A program made the translations under genes and the position numbers. A DNA stretch of 64,000 bases from Camelus dromedarius (taxonomy: Eukaryota): contig NC_087437.1 of assembly GCF_036321535.1 (NCBI RefSeq), forward strand, positions 33,668,001 through 33,732,000, read 5' to 3'. Below are positions 23,071-35,952 of the stretch, in pieces. A model generated the notes under the pieces. It was given only the letters and a program-made list of their open reading frames with translations, made no database searches and was not told where the DNA came from. Position 1 is the first letter of the stretch; the number at the start of each line of letters is the position of its first letter.

Positions 23071-24679
23071 AAGTTCATCACTGCATACCAGGTTTAATGT
23101 CCTATCAGCTAGTGTCCTATTAGAGATTAGACTGCATCTCTTAACCTAAAGGTTGTTGCTCAAATTGAGTTACTTTTTTACAGTGAAAGGGGGCTCTTTT
23201 CTTGGGCATTCATCAGGACTGTCCTGTGCAAACAGGGACATATGATCAATTCACATCCTGACATGACAACATATTTAGCAAGAATTCAACATCAGTACAT
23301 AGTTGCAGTTGGGAGAACAAGTTTAGATGGCATACCACAAACGCCTGCAGGGCAACCATTATGAAGTATAGCGATGTGTTAACAGACCTCTAGCGCACTT
23401 GGAGAAAATCTGTTTTCCTGGTTTGAAAGGAACCAATCAATTGCAGGGGTCCAAAATGGTGCTTTGGGGCTATGGGGAGCAAGGTTGCACTATGAAATTT
23501 CACAGAGGCAAGAACTTTTGTATCAGTAATGAAAGGCTGGGACCTAGTTACAAAGCCAGCTCCTAATGCCCCATGGCCTAGCAGGAAGGCAGTTCTGCTA
23601 AGCAGGGGACAGGCACAGCTGTAGCATCTGCAGATGTTACCTAGGTCCAGGCCGGGCTGGGATGTCAGAGCAGAACCACAAGAGAGGTAGAGGCACAGAA
23701 GTTGGGATGGGAGTGGAGAGAGCAAATGAGGCTGCAAAGACATCCTACTTGCTAGTTGTGTGGATTCCTTTCAGATAGCGATCTTTTGTAGTAATTATTT
23801 TTCTGAACTGAAAAAAGAATTTTTAAACTCTTCTATTTGGATATTCTTTTAAACCATCCCAGGGCATGTGGTACTCTTCTCCAGGAGCTGAAGATTTCTA
23901 CATTCATTTAACAGATATTTGTTGAGAGCCTATCAAGTCTTCTAGGAGCTGGGGGGACATAGCAGTGAACACAACACATTCCCTGACCTCATTCTTGTAT
24001 ATGTCTACATGCTTTTATGGAAAATGACACTTTAGAAAAGGTATTTATATAGACAGTCTTTTTCTAAGTCATGAAAATTATATCCCCTCTTTAGCCATAA
24101 ATTCCCTTGAGTGCAAAATGAGGGCACTGACCTGGATGCCTCTCCAGACCTCCTCTGGCTCTCAACTCCCATGACCCCATTGTCACGTTCATCAGGTCGG
24201 TGTGAAGGGCGATTTCTTCAGCTTTTCCTTTCTCTATTCAACTTTTCCATTCTTAATATTAAAAATCTAAATCTGTCTCAAAGCAACACATTCGATGTTT
24301 TTTTCCATACAATGAATATGAATGAAAAGGTTAAACACATAAATCATTTTGGGAGATAATCAGCAAGTGTGTTTGTGCATCCAACATGAAACAAACCCTT
24401 CTTCTGGCCTCTGGAAGGTGCCTCAGAGAAGACTTACTCTGCTCTTCGTTGGGCCTCATGTAAACCAACACCCCAGAGAAATCACGCAATGCATAGCACC
24501 ATGGTTAAAGGAGAAGTGTTCATTTCCTTCTTATTATTCTTGGTTCAGAAATAGAGAAGTAGACTCCAAAGACGACTGCCCTTTTCCAGAATAAGAAGAA
24601 AGTCTCACCATTTCAAGGTCAGGGCTGGCAGCAACTGGCAAGCTAACGTAGGGAGGGGAGAGAGAAAATGAACTTGAAT

Positions 24680-24865
24680 GCTCTCATTCTGCATGTCAGC
24701 ACTATGCAGTGACCTCTAACCCTCACAGGAAGTCCATCGGGTAAGCCATGTTAGCTTCCATTTTAGGACAAGGAAACTAGGGATGAGAGAGGCAAAGTGA
24801 ACTGTTCGTGATTACATGGTTAGGAAGTGGCAGAGTTTGAGATGCTATTGGAGTCTACAGCCACA
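24680..24865 (-). mobile_element. MIR SINE
   Basis: CCATTTTAGGACAAGGAAACTAGGGATGAGAGAGGCAAAGTGAACT. Confidence 0.65.
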
Positions 24866-25494
24866 CTACCCTTAAGTATTTAATCCAGTTTAAAGACTCC
24901 AAATTAATTATATATTCATAATTCTAACTGTTGGTTCTTCGCATTTAGTATCATAGTATTATACGTAAAATAACATATAGAAGTGCTCCTGATTAAAGAA
25001 TATTTCTTTGAAGTCTTTGTCAGACAATTCTGACATCTGGGTTGTGTTTTCATTGGCATTTACTCATTGTCTTTTCCCCTGTGAGTTGTGATTTTCCTGA
25101 TTTTGTGTATGTGTGTTGGGTAATTTTAGATTATGTTCTGGATATCTTGAACATTATATTTTGAGCCTCTGAGTCTCATTTAAATCCTTTGGATAATGTT
25201 GATATTTTCACGCTAGCAGGATTCAGGCGATAGGTTCCTCCCAGCCTTCTGTGCGTTATGGTTTAAATGTCAGTCTGTTGTTCCCACCCCTCCTACATGT
25301 ATGCCATTCAGTTGTGAAGATATATATAAATGCATCATGCTCAGGACACACAGATGGTCAAATACTGCTGGCTGTTCGTAAATGGTCATAATTCATGTCT
25401 GCCTAACTTGGCTAAAGCATATGATTGAGGATTAATTGGTTTTGAGACCAGAAAAAAATTAGGTCACATGAATGAGGAAACTGTTGCTTTGGCA

Positions 25495-25750
25495 CCAGCA
25501 TGGTGAAGAAAAATGAACAGAGTCTATGGATTCAGAGATTAAACTTGAAGCCCAGTTTGGATGCTTAATAGCAATGTGACTTTGGGTGAGTTATTTCAAC
25601 ATCCTCCATAAAATCAGATGAATATACATCGCAAGATATTTTTGAGGATTAAATAAAATTATACAAGTTAAATATTGAAATTAAAATATGTAAAACCCCT
25701 AGGACAGTACCTAGGACATAGTAAGTACTCAATAAGTATTTTATTATTAA
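25495..25750 (+). mobile_element. MIR SINE
   Basis: TGTGACTTTGGGTGAGTTATTT...TGAGGATTAAAT...ACAGTACCTAGGACATAGTAAGTACTCAATAA. Confidence 0.75.
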
Positions 25751-25934
25751 TTAGAAAAACAAATACTTCAGTAATAAAGTTATTAAAAAGAAAGAACAAT
25801 AATATTTCCAGTGCACATGCCAATTTCTACTTTTGTTTTGCTTTGCTTTATAGCTATACTCTCGTTAGTGAAAGATGCTGATGGGGTGATAATGGGCTAT
25901 AAAACCCTTTTGACGGTAAACAGTCAAACTGATG

Positions 25935-26420
25935 TCCTCTGGTATTTCACATGATCTAGCCCCTCCTATCTCTCTGATCTTACTTCATTCCACTGTCCTT
26001 TTATTTACTATTCTTGGATCTTTTTTATAGCTCCCCAAATTCTCCAACCCCAGGATCTTTGCATCAGCTATTCCTTCTTTCCCAAACTCTGCATATGGCT
26101 GGTGCATTCTCATTATTTGGGTCTCAAAGCAAATGTAATCTCTCCAGAGAGGCCTCCTCTGACCACCTTCTCATCCTGGCCCCACCCCCACCCATCCCTG
26201 TCCATCTGAATTACCCTGACTAATTTTATTCACAGTGTTTGTCACTATCTGAATTATTTTAGCTATCTATTTATTTAGTTTTTGGTGTATTGTCTATTTT
26301 CACTCAGAAAAATGTCAGCTCTATGAGGCAGGCATCTTTTTATTCCTCCCGTGGTATTCCCAGAGCCTACAACAGTGTCTGGAACATAACAAGCTTTTAA
26401 AGACTTATTGAATGAAAGAA
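25935..26420 (+). mobile_element. L2 LINE 3' fragment
   Basis: TCTCCAGAGAGGCCTCCTCTGACCACC...GTATTCCCAGAGCCTACAACAGTGTCTGGAACATA...TTGAATGAA. Confidence 0.8.
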
Positions 26421-27142
26421 GAAGCAAACTTTCATTTTGTTGTCCATAATTTCTTGAATTTTTTTTACTCTACTAGAAGAAAATCTATAAATATTATTTG
26501 TTCATTTAATTGGACTTTTTTCAATTTCTGGTCCCCCTAAACATTCAATAATTCATCAACCTACCTGAGTAAATTTTACATTTGGATTGATTTCCACATT
26601 TAAAACCCTGATTTAGTATTTTTATTGTAGAAGAATCCAGTGAAAACAGGAGGCCATTAATTATGCAACTTCTCAGCATCTGACACATGTGTGTGGTGTG
26701 GCTACGTGGGGCTCCCTGGCAGGGCACTAAATTATGTAACGGTCACAGAATACCAATAACACATCTGAGCTTGCATCAGACAAGATGATCTGTTCCCATG
26801 TGCTTAGTGCCCTTGCTCCCTCAAGGGAAAGCCGTCTTTAGTTTTACCTAAGGCCAGTATGGATCGCTGACAGAAACCTGCAGCTAGACACAATCACATT
26901 TAAGAAATACAAACTCTGCAATGATTCTGGCCAACTTCAAGCTGTATGTGGCTGAAAATGAAGAAAGGCTGGCTGTTGGATTCCAAGCCAAGACAGGTGG
27001 CACAGGACTGACTTTTAACATGTACCATATTTCAATCTCTCTGGCCCACTTCGCCTGGCAGGGTTTGTTCAAGGCAAGTCTTGGGGTCATTTATCCTGCT
27101 GACTAATGTGCTCTCCCTCCATCAGAGAAGAGCCTCCCAAGC

Positions 27143-27185
27143 GGGGGCCTGAAGGATCTGGGGGGCCTGAAGGATCTGGAGGGCC
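27143..27185. repeat. 18-bp tandem duplication (about 2.4 copies)
   Basis: GGGGGCCTGAAGGATCTG twice, followed by GAGGGCC. Confidence 0.9.
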
Positions 27186-27575
27186 GTTCAGAGCTTGGGA
27201 GACTGAATTGACAGAAGGAATTGAGGCTCAAAGTCACCAATTGTGAACAGCCCCACAATCACTCTGAATCTCATAAGCTTAATGCCTCAATAAAACAAGT
27301 ATTTTTTAAATTTTAAAATTAATATTTGTTGATGACAAGCATGTGAATGATACAGTCCTGGAGACTGGGAAATGGATTTAAAAATTTATCTCACCCATGT
27401 CTATAAACCTACATTCCCAAGAGCTAACCGCTAGTGAAAGTTTTCTTGGCATCCTTCTAGAAATATTCTAGGAATGTATGAACATATATTTATCTATGTT
27501 AATGTATAAATAAATAGGTGGATAGTTGGATAGTAATAGGATCAGTCAATGAATATGATTCCTCAAGTTACATAG

Positions 27576-27795
27576 TGTGGCAGGTGGCAGCGATGGCCCT
27601 GATTCTTCACTCTTTCCTGTAACTTTTCAGTGCTCTCAAAGTTATATGCTGTGGGTAGTTGACTGCTCCATCTTTGACACTGGGCTCAGCTATGCTGTTT
27701 GCTTTGACTAATGGGATAATAGGAGATTTCAAGGAGCAGTGGTTTCAAACAGGGTTGTGCATTGGGGCTTCCTCTTTTGAACCTCTGACACCATC
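27576..27795 (+). mobile_element. MLT1-type MaLR LTR fragment
   Basis: Starts TGTGGCAGGTGGCAGCGATGGCCCTGATTCTTCAC and contains GGGCTCAGCTATGCTGTTTGCTTTGACTAATGGGAT. Confidence 0.55.
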
Positions 27796-27804
27796 TTGTT
27801 TTCC

Positions 27805-28285
27805 CCTTCCAATTTTATTGAGGTATAAATGACATATAGCACTGTGTAAGTTGAAGGCGTACAGCATAGTGATTTGACTTAACATATGTCATGAAATGAT
27901 TATCACAGTAACTTTAGTGAACATTCATCATCTTACATACATACAAAATTAAAGAAATAGAACAAAATTTTCTTTGTGCTGAAAACGCTAAGGATTTATT
28001 CTCTTAACTTTCATACACGACATATAGCAGTGTCAATTGCATTTATCATGTTGTACATTGCATCCCTAGTACTTATTTATCTTTTACTAGAAGTTTGTAA
28101 GTTTTGACTCCCTTCATCCAGGTCCCACTCCCTCTACCCCTCACCTCTGGTAATCAAAAATCTGATCTCTTTTACTATGACTTTGTGTATTTGCTTTTTT
28201 TTTATAGTATAATTGACCTACAGCACTGTGTTAGTTCCTGTTACACAACATAGTAATCCAGTATTTCTATATATTTCGAAATATA
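27805..28285 (-). mobile_element. L1 3' UTR fragment (L1MA-like)
   Basis: TTTTATTGAGGTATAAATGACATATAGCACTGTGTAAGTTGAAGGCGTACAGC...CCTCACCTCTGGTAATC. Confidence 0.85.
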
Positions 28286-28959
28286 TGATTATTATTATTA
28301 TTATAAGCTAAAGTTAATAATACTTAGAAGTTAGTAAATATCAAATTCCTATAATGTTTTTGCCTTCAAATTATACAAAATATTGACTGTAGTCATCATT
28401 ATTTATGTTTTGATATAGAGAGCCTTTTCTTTTTATTTTATTCCTAAATACAAGAAGTTACATCTTCAACGTCAGACTTCATTTGCTCAGAATGTCTGAC
28501 CTGGAAAATTCCCATCAAGGACCATGAGCCCAAGGCTTCAGTTCCAAGACCATGGTAGCATGAAGGCTCAGGGGAAGTTGATGGCTGAACTCAGTGGCCA
28601 CCAACATTGCATTTCTCTTCATAAGGTTTTTACATCTTCAGTTTTTGGCAATGGAAAGAATGAGGGCTTTGGATTTCACCCAAATTCAGTCTGAATCAGG
28701 GTTTTGCCCTTTCTGTACTGTGTGAATTTGGGCATGATACACAAATCTGTGGCCCTCAGTTTCCTCACCAAGAAAACTTAATCAAGAGGTTAACGATACA
28801 TATACTTATCATTTTGTGAAACGTAGTCCACTTAGCATATCTGTTGCTGCTTGAGGACAGATGGAAGCAGGAGGCAGCCACTAGGGCAGCTCACACCGTG
28901 GGATGAGGAAGCATATGGGAGTGGAGAGAGTGCCACACACCTGAGATGAAAAGCTCGAC

Positions 28960-29135
28960 ACGCCTCCTACTGGCTCAGTGACCTTGAGTGTAGTCAGTTA
29001 ACCTGTCTGCACTTTTTGTCTTCTCTTATCAATGGAAATATAGCTCCCACCTTGCAGGGCTGATGTGAGGGTGAGAGGTCCTGTGTGTGAACACCTAGCA
29101 CAGGGCCTGGCACACAGTAGGCACTCAGTAGTGGT
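28960..29135 (+). mobile_element. MIR SINE
   Basis: GTGACCTTGAG...CACCTAGCACAGGGCCTGGCACACAGTAGGCACTCAGTA. Confidence 0.7.
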
Positions 29136-30469
29136 ACTGAGCACCTTTATCTGTGTGACTTCCCTAACCCGAAAGGAGTGGTTGTTTCCTTCCCTCACTG
29201 TTCTCGCCTGCTGTGTTTTGTCTGATTTACGGAGCACACTCCTCACGGTTTCACGTCTCTGATAATGCTCTGTACCTTAACATCGATGATATTTTGTAAG
29301 TCAGCCAGGCTGCAGTCATAGAGTGACAGTCATTGCCTGTGCATGGGGGAACTGGGTGATGTGAATGGACAACTAGAACCTCTCTGTGTCTCAGTTTGGA
29401 GACCACTGAAGGCCTAGGAGTCCCACTTATCTTCTGAAAACTGGTTGTTTCTGCTAGTGTCATTGTCATTATCATCAGTTACACCCAGCATTTATTAAAC
29501 ACCTAACAGGTGAAAGAAACTGGGCTAAGACCCAGAAATGCAAAGCCGTTGAGGGTCTTACAATATCACCAGGGAACTAGGGCACAGACGTAAAGCATAA
29601 TTAACTGTACAAGGCAGTCTGTGTCTGGTGCCAAGAAAGCACAGACACTATATAAATGCTTCAGGAGGCAAAGAAAGGAGAGATGCCTGGGAGGGTGAGG
29701 GTTCAGAGACAGTCTCACAAAGAGGAAAAGCACCATGAAACTTTAAAATGAGGATAGGACTTATGAAAAAAGGGAGTCTCGCTGGCATGCAGGATGGCTG
29801 GAACAAAGAAGTAGTGGAAAAACCTCAAAGGGTATGAAAAAAATACAAGAAGTCTCTTTCAGTTAAAGTATCAGATAAAAAGGACGAAGTAGTGTGGTCA
29901 ATAAATAGGGTGAGAGAGTTGGGGACAGGGTAGATTGTGACCTTAAAGTTGCATTGTATGTCCCTCCTTATTTTTAACTCATAAGTTAATGATGTGAATG
30001 CTTGTGGATGATTGCCATTTAGGCTACTGAGAATAGGAAGGAAATTTCTTCTTCATGGGTGATTTGATTGTTCAGAACTAGAAGAGGTCTCAATAGACAA
30101 TTTGTCCTGCTGACTATTACTGGAAACAATGGAATAATTATCAACCACTCAGAAATGGAGATCATTATTTTTTGGCTGATATCCTTTCAAATTGATAATC
30201 CCAGGAAACAAGTCAGTTTGCTTGGTTACTAAGAAGTTTTGTTGAGACATTTTTATGGTCATGGTGGGCAACTGGCAACACTTGAAGATCATACAAGCCC
30301 ATGTCATCCTGGCCGTATGGTACACACTTTTAAGATATAAGCAGTTATTTGTTTAAGTAGTAGATCAGGCCATTTCTTAAGACAAACCTGCTTGATGCTG
30401 AAAAAAGGACCCCATCAATCTAAGTGAGAGTCTTGCCCTATTAATGTCCATGAACCTCACCTTTTCAGT

Positions 30470-30745
30470 AAGACCTGAGTTCTGGACCAATCCATTAAAA
30501 ATTGCAACCTGCCTCCTTTCCTATCATAACCCTACACTCTAAACCCCTTTCCTTGCTGTGTTTCTTCCTATAGAATTTGTCACCTTCTAACACACTGTAT
30601 ACTTGCTTACTAAGTTATTCGTGATGTGGCTTACCTGGCTAGAATGTATGCTTCCAAAGGGCAGGGATTTTAGTCTGCTCTGTTTATCACTGTATCACAC
30701 AAGTCTAGAGCAGTGCCTGAAGTCTGAAAACTTCAAGTATTTGAG
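30470..30745 (+). mobile_element. L2 LINE 3' fragment
   Basis: CTAGAATGTATGCTTCCAAAGGGCAGGGATTTT...CTAGAGCAGTGCCTG. Confidence 0.7.
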
Positions 30746-31831
30746 GAACTAGTGCTTGGATGAGTGACCTCAGTAACAGAAGCCTGGGGTACTGTGGAGA
30801 GGATTGTTGCACACGCCGGGGATCAGTTCCACATCTGATTCTGTGGCTCCATTGCTTCTTTGTTCTTGGAATCTAAGACACTATACTACAAAAAGGGAGA
30901 ACCATTTAAGTTGTAAAAATTTTAAAGTATTGGTTGAGCTGTGACACATGCATACCATTGTGTCATGGGATGTGTCTGCTGATCCCAAGCAGGTTCCTTC
31001 ACTCTACAAATATCCAGGATGGCGATTTGATTTAGAAGAGTTAACAGAAGAGTACCCGAATAAACTCTTCTCTCATGTACGAAAACTGACTCTGCCTATT
31101 GCTCTTAACCACTGGAGTTTGGAACTGAAAGTATATATGCTGGCAAAATAACCGAATTAGATACACCAGTTCATTCACTGGACTTGAGCTCTTAAAAGGA
31201 ATTCCTACCCTGCCAACACCCACCCCCTTAAATTAAATTCACATAGAGACCACTGCATGTTGCTCTCAGGCCCTTCAAGGGCACTAGTAAGTCATGTTGC
31301 AATTTTATCAGCATCATGATACTTCAAAGAGAGGCTTGTTACAGAAAGCAAGTTACATGGAGACAAAATTTTCCAATGCTAATTGACTTCTGAGAGTGAA
31401 TGCCATATATTCAGGCGAGAGTTGCATTGTGTTCTGTTATTCAGTTGGCCAAATTTAAACTCTAAAGGTCATTCTCAGCATCCTCTTCATATGGGAAAAA
31501 CATTCTGTAGACCTTTTATCCTGTATATCTCTCCACCTACCATGCGTGAACAGTAACTTGCCAAGCAGAAATCTGAGGATGCCTTGTTCAGTTTCGCGGT
31601 CAGATTGCTAGCTGTCGAATGGGAAGAGTGGGAATGTGTTATTTATTCTCTGACTTAGATTTTTTTGAAAACTTCTCTAACTTCACAAAAAGTCTCCCAG
31701 TTTATATCGCTTTTGCCAGGTACATCTAGCAAATGCTTCACTATGCTCAACACGTTACAGGCCAGAAATAAGGGGCACCTGGTACTTGGAAATCCAACTA
31801 ACCTAACACTGGTGGACGGATTAGGAGTATT

Positions 31832-32390
31832 CTTTTTAAAGTCTTTTATTGAAATTTGTTATTAAAAAGTGCTTAAGCTTACATGAGCTTATAGCTAGTG
31901 AGTTTTCCCAGCATTAACATCCCTGTGCAACAGCACCCAGGCCCGGAAACAGAACATTGTCAGAAGCTCAGAAGCACCCCTTCGCGATTCCTTCCCACCA
32001 CTACCTCCCCACCAAGGGTGGTCACATTCTTGACTAGTAAGTAACAGCAAGGGTTAGTTCTCCGTGCTTTTTTTGTTCTTTATATAGATGGAACCATGCA
32101 GTATGTATTCTTTTGTGTTGACTTCTTTTCATTTTTTTCTATGTTGGGGGTATTTTTTTTTTCGTTGAATTTAGTTATAGATCATTCATTCTCATTGCTG
32201 TATAAAAAGCCACTGTGTGACTATACTGTAATTTATCTATCATCCCAACTCTTGGTGAGAATTTTGGACAGTTTCCAGGGCAAGACTATTGCAGATAATG
32301 CTGCCATGAACATTCTGGGGCATGGACTTATGCTGGAAATATGTTAAGTATTTCTGTGAGATATATACCTAAGAGTGGAATTTCAGGTTC
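31832..32390 (-). mobile_element. Old L1M 3' end remnant
   Basis: TTTTATTGAAATTT...CAGAACATTGTCAG...ATGGAACCATGCAGTATGTATTC...AATGCTGCCATGAACATTC...ATATACCTAAGAGTGGAATT. Confidence 0.8.
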
Positions 32391-35300
32391 TCATGCTTTT
32401 CTATATGTGGACTGTTTGTTCTCTAAAAAGGAACACATACATAGGCATCGAGGAGAAGAGAACATGTGATGGCAAGAGAATCTGGTGATAGTCATAAACT
32501 TGCTGCTTTCGTAAGATGACGAAGCAGCTTCCCTAGAGGCCCCCACTTCTGCTGCCACGCGGAATACGGTGATCTGTCTTCAACACCTTCCCTTATCTCC
32601 TCCATAGAGGGGTGGGGCAAGGTATAAATACTTCCATCACCACAAACCCACAAAGAATTTCACTCTCCAAAATCAAAGTGTCTACGTGATACGTTAGACC
32701 ATTGCTTCTCGTTCCAAGAAATTATCCTATTTGTATCTGCCAAGGAGGGCAGGGAACCATAATTAAAATTCACACTTGCATATCACTCTCCATCTGCAAA
32801 GTACTTCACTGATATTAACTAATTAATCCTCCACCTTTCTCCCCTGCTCTCCCCCCTTCCTCCCCACCACAAAGCAGGTGGCATCTCCATGTTATGTCGC
32901 TCATTTGCAAAAAGATAAACGCAAGAACAGGTTACGCAGTCCCCCGTGAGGTCCAGGAGTGTGAAATAAATACTTTGCTGCCTGGGGCTTTTGTGAAATA
33001 AAATCACCACATACTTTAAGCCTAGGGATCTAAATTGCACAAATAAAGCCTCTGAAGAATTTTTGTCACATATGACAGGGAAGATGGATTTATCGTCAGT
33101 TTGTTTACTAAACTGTCACAGTGGTTGCTCATGAATATCAATGACACCACAGCTCCTGGGAAAGCTGTGTATGAACCCTGAAAAGGAAAAATCATTGCGT
33201 GTTTTCTAACGTGGAACGAAGGAAGGCTGTTAAGGTGGTTTTTCTGTTTTCTTTTTTCTCCCAATCCAAAGAGAAAACAGTTTTAAATTGGTTAGAAAGG
33301 AGAGCAGGGGTGAAATAACATTTACATTTGTAAATATACAGAAAACAAAGTGGTATGTATTCCTTTATGTGTTTGTGATTAGAAATGAACATTTTGTTAT
33401 GACTTTTTTTCTATCTAAAAAAAACCCGATATTCTGTGTGAGTCTTAGTTGTCTGTGTTCAGACACTAACCACTAATCAAGTTTGGTTTAGGTTATTATT
33501 TGCTAATGGGAAAAAGCGTAGGCCTGTGGAAATTTTCTGTCACTTTACAGTGGTGATTTATAAAAATGGAGTAATCTGCTTTAATTTTAGATACAACCTA
33601 CATTTGAAAAACCAGGAGCCAGGAAAGTCATCAAAACCAGTAATTATACCAGAGAAAAAAAGGATTCTTCCTGAGGCTACATTCTGCTCTGGTTCCGTGC
33701 ATACAGCTTGTGCTGGTTTCCCGGGACTTTCTTGTGCGTATTGAGGGCACTATAGGCTCCGTTGGGCATTGAATAAAAGAAAAAAATTAAAGAGGGGAAA
33801 TAAACAATTATGAAGCTTAGTAAGTTTGTTCAAAAGAGAAATTAAGAGAAATTAAGAAATTTGATTTTTTTTCCCTCTCCATCCAGGCGCTGCTGGGGTG
33901 AAAGCCGCGTATCAGAAACTACCTGAGAGTAACGCGGAGCACTGCCCTGGGGGTGTCTCCACAGCGGAAGGGAGGAGTCAAGTAGGCGTGTGTCTGAATT
34001 ACGAGATAGACCAAGAGAATCATCTGCAGTAGGGTAGACTGAGCTGCTCAGGAGGGCCCCACCCCAGTTGCCCACACAGTATATAGAAATGGCTCCAAAT
34101 AGCAATGTGTTGAACAGAAATGCAGAGCAGTGCTCCGAGCAAGCAGAGGTTATGCTGAGACGTGGAAATGAAGAGGGAACTCAAAGCTGGGATGAGAAGT
34201 GAGATTCCAAGCCCAAGTCCCACGGAGGGAATCTCCCTCCGGGCTGGGGCCTTTAACACTATTTTGAGGTCTGTATTGAGGCTGTCCTGTGGAGAGGCTT
34301 AATGAGGGTTCAGGGAGTAAAGCATTTGATTCAGGGAGGAAAACAAAGCAAAACTGGGTGAGGAAGAACTAGCAAAGGAGGTAGGAGAGGACCCGTGGTG
34401 AGGTGGGGGAGCGGACAGGGCTGAGCTGTGAGCATGGCTCGTGCAGGCATCCCGCAGCCCTGGGACGAGGGGCTGTTGTCCAGTTTTGGCTGCCACTGTG
34501 GACGGTGAGGTCGGAGAGCTCCCTGGGTTTGACAGGAAGTCTTTGATGATGCTTGGGAGAGTGGCTGAGTGTATGTGTGAGGGGAGTGGAGTGGACCTCA
34601 AAAGGGAGTGGGCTGTGAAGGAGCAGAGGAAGCTGAAGAGGAAGGGGAGGAGGGGAAACAGGCAGGAAAGTGAGGGGAAGGCAGACCTGGCAAGACTCGC
34701 ACTTGGTGGTTGTTTTGCTATTTTAATATAAAAGAGATTTTTATATGCTTATAGGCAAGAAGTCATAGAAAGAGGGAAAGACACATTGAAACTCAAATGG
34801 CAGTAATAGATGGAGCAAAATCCAGGAGGAGGCAGGGAAGATTGCACTCAAACTTCGACGGAGGAGTTAACATTGGGAAAGGATAGGTGAAAGCAGTGAC
34901 TTTTTCTTTAGTGTTTCAAGATATTTTATTCTCTTCAGTCATTACTATTGCTGATGAGAAATCTGCTCTCAGACTTTGTAGGTCATTGACCTTTTTATCC
35001 GGGCAGTATCTTAATTATCTATTTTTACATAACAAGTTATTCTCAAAGGTAGTAGCTTAAAACAATAAATGTTTGGTCTCCCACACAGTTTCTGTGGATC
35101 AGGAACCTAGGAGGAACTTGGCTGAGTGGTTCTGATTCAGGGTCTCCATGTGTTGGCTGGGACTAAGAGTTTGCCTGGGGCTGGAGGATGGCTCGCAGAT
35201 GGCTCCCTCTCACACCTGGTGAGTTAGTGATGGTTGTCAGCAGGATGTTTAGGAACTCCACATGGACCTCTGAAGAGGGCAACATGGCAACTGGCTTCCC

Positions 35301-35520
35301 CAGAGCAGGTGATCTGGGAGGGAGGGAGGGAGGGAGATAGAGAACCAAGAGGAAGTTACAAATCCTATAATGGCCTAGACTTGGAAGTCATACCCCTTCG
35401 TGTCTCCCACATTCTGTTTGCTGGAAGTGAGTTCCTAAGTAGAGCCCACACTCACGGAGAAGGGAATTGGGCTCTACCTTTAGAGGAAAGGAGTGTCAGG
35501 GAATTGGTGGTCATCTTTTT

Positions 35521-35608
35521 GTTTTTTAATTTGTTTTGAAGTATAGTCGGTTTACAATGTTGTGTTAATGTCTGGTGTACAGCATAGTGTCAGACTATAT
35601 ATATCATA

Positions 35609-35701
<93 letters not shown>

Positions 35702-35952
35702 ATATATATATATATTTCTTTTCATATTCTTTTTTTATTATACTCTATTAGGTATTGAATATAGTTCCCTATGCTTTACAGTAGGACCTTGTTGTTTATC
35801 TATTTTATATATAGTAGTTAGTATCTGCAAATCCCAAACTCCCAATTTATCTCTCCATCCCTCTTCCCCCCAGTAACTGTAAGTTTGTTTTCTATGTCTG
35901 TGAGTCTGTTTCTGTTTTGTAAATAAGTTCGTTTGTGTCATCTTTTTCAGAC
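35521..35952 (-). mobile_element. Young L1 3' UTR fragment (artiodactyl/camelid type)
   Basis: TTGAAGTATAGTCGGTTTACAATGTTGTG...TTGAATATAGTTCCCTATGCTTTACAGTAGGACCTTGTTG. Perfect 13-bp TSD TGGTCATCTTTTT at 35508-35520 and 35953-35965. Confidence 0.92.
35612..35714. repeat. Interrupted (TA)n microsatellite
   Basis: About 100 bp of TA repeats inside the L1 3' UTR. Confidence 0.95.

Noticed and set aside
24488..24502. CAATGCATAGCACCA matching 15 nt of repeat copy 2
   Set aside because: No similarity extends on either side, so it is treated as chance.
33866..34731. Splice acceptor at ~33886 and ORFs at 34299-34731
   Set aside because: No recognisable peptide or convincing donor; the purine-rich sequence looks like a decayed antisense L2 body.
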